From contig CAVUSO010000001.1 of the NCBI GenBank assembly GCA_963744145.1, positions 1,376,001-1,440,000 of the forward strand: a stretch of DNA of 64,000 nucleotides, given 5' to 3'. The translations under genes and the position numbers were made by a program. Shown here piece by piece: positions 61,614 through 64,000 of the stretch. The number at the start of each line of letters is the position of its first letter. Within the stretch, counting starts at the first letter, position 1. The notes under the pieces were generated by a model, which was given only the letters and a program-made list of their open reading frames with translations, was not told the origin of the DNA and did not search any database. This DNA comes from an uncultured cyanobacterium. Lineage in GTDB: Bacteria > Cyanobacteriota > Cyanobacteriia > Cyanobacteriales > CAWUOF01.

Positions 61614-62777
61614 TTAAAACTCTTGTACCGAATTCACAGTAATAGAGCGTTTGAGCAGTCGTTTCAGCAGGGTTAAATCCCTTATGGCAAAAAGCCTATT
61701 TCTTATGGTATCTGGTACGACGGAAAACCGCGTTTCCAAAATATCAATGATAGCTTCACGCGCAATTTCCAATTTTGCATCTCGCTCAAAACTGCTCATG
61801 TATGGCTGTCTTTCTTGCTCCATTCTTCTCAATCTTTGAGCATCTTCGCTCTGGCTTTCTGACAGCCGTTGTACAAATTCTTCTACAGATGCTACCGTTA
61901 CTGCCGGGACTAGCAATTCTTCGATCAATTCCAAATTCCCGATCTGATTAATTCTTTCAATCAAATCCGTTGGCACGACTGAAAACCGCGTTTCCAGAAC
62001 TTTGATAGCAGATTTGCGAGCAATTTCCAATTTTCCATCCCGTTCAAAACTAATCATGTATGACATTCGTCTTTGCTCCTCTATTTGCTTGATTTCCGTT
62101 TTAAACTCTTGCTGAATTGCCTCTGGTAAAACCATGATCCATTCAATGAACCGGAGCAGCTCCGATATCTGATTTCTACTATAACCCCGTTGGTAAAGTC
62201 GGCGCACTAAGCTTAACTTTGACTGGAAACGTTGCTCTAAATCGTTGCGTGTTGCCTGGGTTTCTAAATGAGCCGCGATAATTGTAGCAAAGGGATTGGT
62301 GCTTTCTGCTAGGATAGAAGCTGGATAGTCAAGTAGTTTCACAACTGGAAACTGCAAATTGCTCTCAAATCCCCATCGACTATAACTATATCCGGTTGGT
62401 CGCCAATTCCTATTTTCGTCTCCTAATATTGCAAAACTGAACACTTTTTGCCGATAGCGATCAAACAATCTATGATTGTAGATATACATCCGTTCGGCAA
62501 AATCTAACTGCTCTTGTCCTTGGATTTCGACGTGAATTAATACCAGGGCATCTTCACCTGAATTCAACCATACCTTTATTAGCTTATCTGCTAAACGTCT
62601 CCCGGTTTCGGCATCACGAATCAGTTCTTGCAATTCGGTATCTAAGGTTTCATATCCTCTCTCCCAATTAATATCACTGTGAACAGCGGGAAAACAAAAA
62701 GCCATAAATGCTTCAAAATAGATAGTGAGTGCTTCTTTCCAAGCACTATCGTAATCCGATCGCAGTTCTTCTACCAT
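61614..62777 (-). CDS. Rpn/YhgA-related PD-(D/E)xK nuclease-like protein with duplicated C-terminal domain
   Basis: DYDSAWKEAL, LADKLIKV, IHVEIQ, FAERMYIYN, NPFA. Two 86-aa-period repeats (YMxSFERDxKLEIAR...LETRFSVVP). Confidence 0.8.
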   Translation of the reverse strand: MVEELRSDYDSAWKEALTIYFEAFMAFCFPAVHSDINWERGYETLDTELQELIRDAETGRRLADKLIKVWLNSGEDALVLIHVEIQGQEQLDFAERMYIYNHRLFDRYRQKVFSFAILGDENRNWRPTGYSYSRWGFESNLQFPVVKLLDYPASILAESTNPFATIIAAHLETQATRNDLEQRFQSKLSLVRRLYQRGYSRNQISELLRFIEWIMVLPEAIQQEFKTEIKQIEEQRRMSYMISFERDGKLEIARKSAIKVLETRFSVVPTDLIERINQIGNLELIEELLVPAVTVASVEEFVQRLSESQSEDAQRLRRMEQERQPYMSSFERDAKLEIAREAIIDILETRFSVVPDTIRNRLFAIRDLTLLKRLLKRSITVNSVQEF

Positions 62778-62821
62778 ATAGTAACCTTCTACTCCTCTAA
62801 TTGATTGTAAAAAGACATCAC

Positions 62822-64000
62822 TTAACCCTCCCAATCTAGTATATCCTCTAACTTAAATGTCTTCATTGCATCCCCAGTTAAATTATCTCGTACAATTCGA
62901 TTTTTTAGTCGGGCCACTGTTTTTTCGTAAAAATTACGCACCTCTCTAGCATTACCAAAATTTCTCCCTTTATTTTGATACATTTTCTGAAAAATTTCCC
63001 GCAAACGTGCTGATACTTCTGGGGTAACAATCCACCCAGATTTCTGACACAGATTGATAAAAATTTGGGACAATTCATTATCATTATAGTCGGGAAATTC
63101 AATCTTGTAGGCAATTCGGGAAGCGATCCCGGAGTTAGCAGAGATAAACTGTTCCATTTCACGGGAATATCCTGCTAAAATAACTACTAGGCGATCGCGT
63201 TCGTTTTCCATAACTGGTACTAAAGTATCGATCGCTTCTCGCCCAAAATCCCACTGAGCTTCACCTTGTCGAGACAGAGCATAAGCTTCATCAATAAACA
63301 ACACTCCATCCAAAGCAGATTGAATTGCTTCCGCAGTTTTCAGTGCTGTTTGTCCTACATATCCAGCTACTAATTTTTCTCTATTTACTTCGATAAATTG
63401 TCCTTTTTGTAATAACCCCAACGCCTTAAAAATTTGTCCAATTAATCGCGCTATTGTAGTTTTTCCCGTTCCAGGATTTCCAGTAAATAACAGATGTCGT
63501 GTTTCTATTTCCTCCTTAGTTTGCATTCCTGCTTCCCGCAGACGTTGATTGGCAATTTGAGTATTAACGATTTCCCGAATCGCTTGTTTTACTGAATGCA
63601 ACCCAATCATCTGATCTAATTCTTGCAATAATTTCTGTAAAATTTCCTCATTTTTTCTTCCCTCTTGACGATACTGAGTAGGCAAATCTACTATTTGAAA
63701 AGGTTCTCGTAACGGATCAAGATTCTGTTCAACAACTCGCTGACTTCGCCGCTCATCTATCTGGTTAAACAAATTTTCTACTAACCCAGCATTTCCGAAA
63801 TTCTGGTCGCGTCTTTCATAAAGCTGAGTAAACAAATTCCTTAGCACTTCTGTCAATTCGGGTGTAATTGAACACTGCACTCGCGATACTCGTTGTTGAA
63901 AAATTGCTAATAATTCGGCAGGGGTATAATCTTCAAAAATAATTTCATTAGCAAAGCGACGATTTAACCCAGGATTTGAGTTAATAAAATCTTCCATCTG
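62822..64000 (-). CDS. Multi-module CbbX/SpoVK-type AAA+ ATPase; 5'-truncated by the window edge
   Basis: End of one AAA module (SNPGLNRRF...FGNAGLVEN) followed by a full module (GNPGTGKT, FIDEAY, LAGY, FGNAREVRN). Confidence 0.9.
   Translation of the reverse strand, partial: QMEDFINSNPGLNRRFANEIIFEDYTPAELLAIFQQRVSRVQCSITPELTEVLRNLFTQLYERRDQNFGNAGLVENLFNQIDERRSQRVVEQNLDPLREPFQIVDLPTQYRQEGRKNEEILQKLLQELDQMIGLHSVKQAIREIVNTQIANQRLREAGMQTKEEIETRHLLFTGNPGTGKTTIARLIGQIFKALGLLQKGQFIEVNREKLVAGYVGQTALKTAEAIQSALDGVLFIDEAYALSRQGEAQWDFGREAIDTLVPVMENERDRLVVILAGYSREMEQFISANSGIASRIAYKIEFPDYNDNELSQIFINLCQKSGWIVTPEVSARLREIFQKMYQNKGRNFGNAREVRNFYEKTVARLKNRIVRDNLTGDAMKTFKLEDILDWEG

Noticed and set aside
4702..63162. 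Many 60-130-aa ORFs antisense or out of frame within large genes (e.g. 5252-5635, 15598-15942, 33768-34209, 50847-51218, 53604-53951)
   Set aside because: Shadow ORFs of well-supported genes, with no motifs or independent signals.
1..64000. rRNA, tRNA, riboswitch or prophage
   Set aside because: No recognisable structure or phage genes seen by eye. An Infernal/Rfam scan would be needed to exclude small RNAs.

Overview
AT-rich cyanobacterial chromosome segment; the HIP1 octamer GCGATCGC recurs throughout. From left to right: (1) the 3' part of a DNA-phosphorothioation-associated module (SF2 helicase, an un-called 57-aa ORF, a DndD-like SMC ATPase with a CxC motif, a dnd-associated protein 4-like gene) followed by a lone m5C methyltransferase; (2) a Zn/Mn ABC importer with a near-consensus sigma70 promoter and three Zur-like boxes; (3) miaB, ddl, a GST and glgB; (4) a ~29-kb minus-strand signalling array of three giant Ser/Thr kinase-AAA-GAF-His kinase-receiver genes (one broken by IS630 plus a frameshift and nonsense codon) and three further His kinases, with duplication scars, an FAD monooxygenase and a BrnT/BrnA-like TA pair; (5) a contiguous phaA-phaB-phaE-phaC cluster with a convergent phasin-like gene, where phaA and phaC each carry a +1 frameshift; (6) aspS, htpX, a serine hydrolase and Uma2; (7) an uncharacterised minus-strand locus (multi-module CbbX/SpoVK-type AAA+ ATPase, atypical Hsp70, coiled-coil protein, NrdG-like radical SAM) interrupted by an Rpn-like gene with a duplicated C-terminus, a truncated Zn-ribbon ORF and an AT-rich orphan. 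Intergenic DNA holds two MITE families (10-bp and 8-bp target duplications) that both carry GTAG-type REP hairpins, one of them a three-level nested insertion. No rRNA, tRNA or CRISPR array was seen. All family calls come from motif recognition, not database searches.
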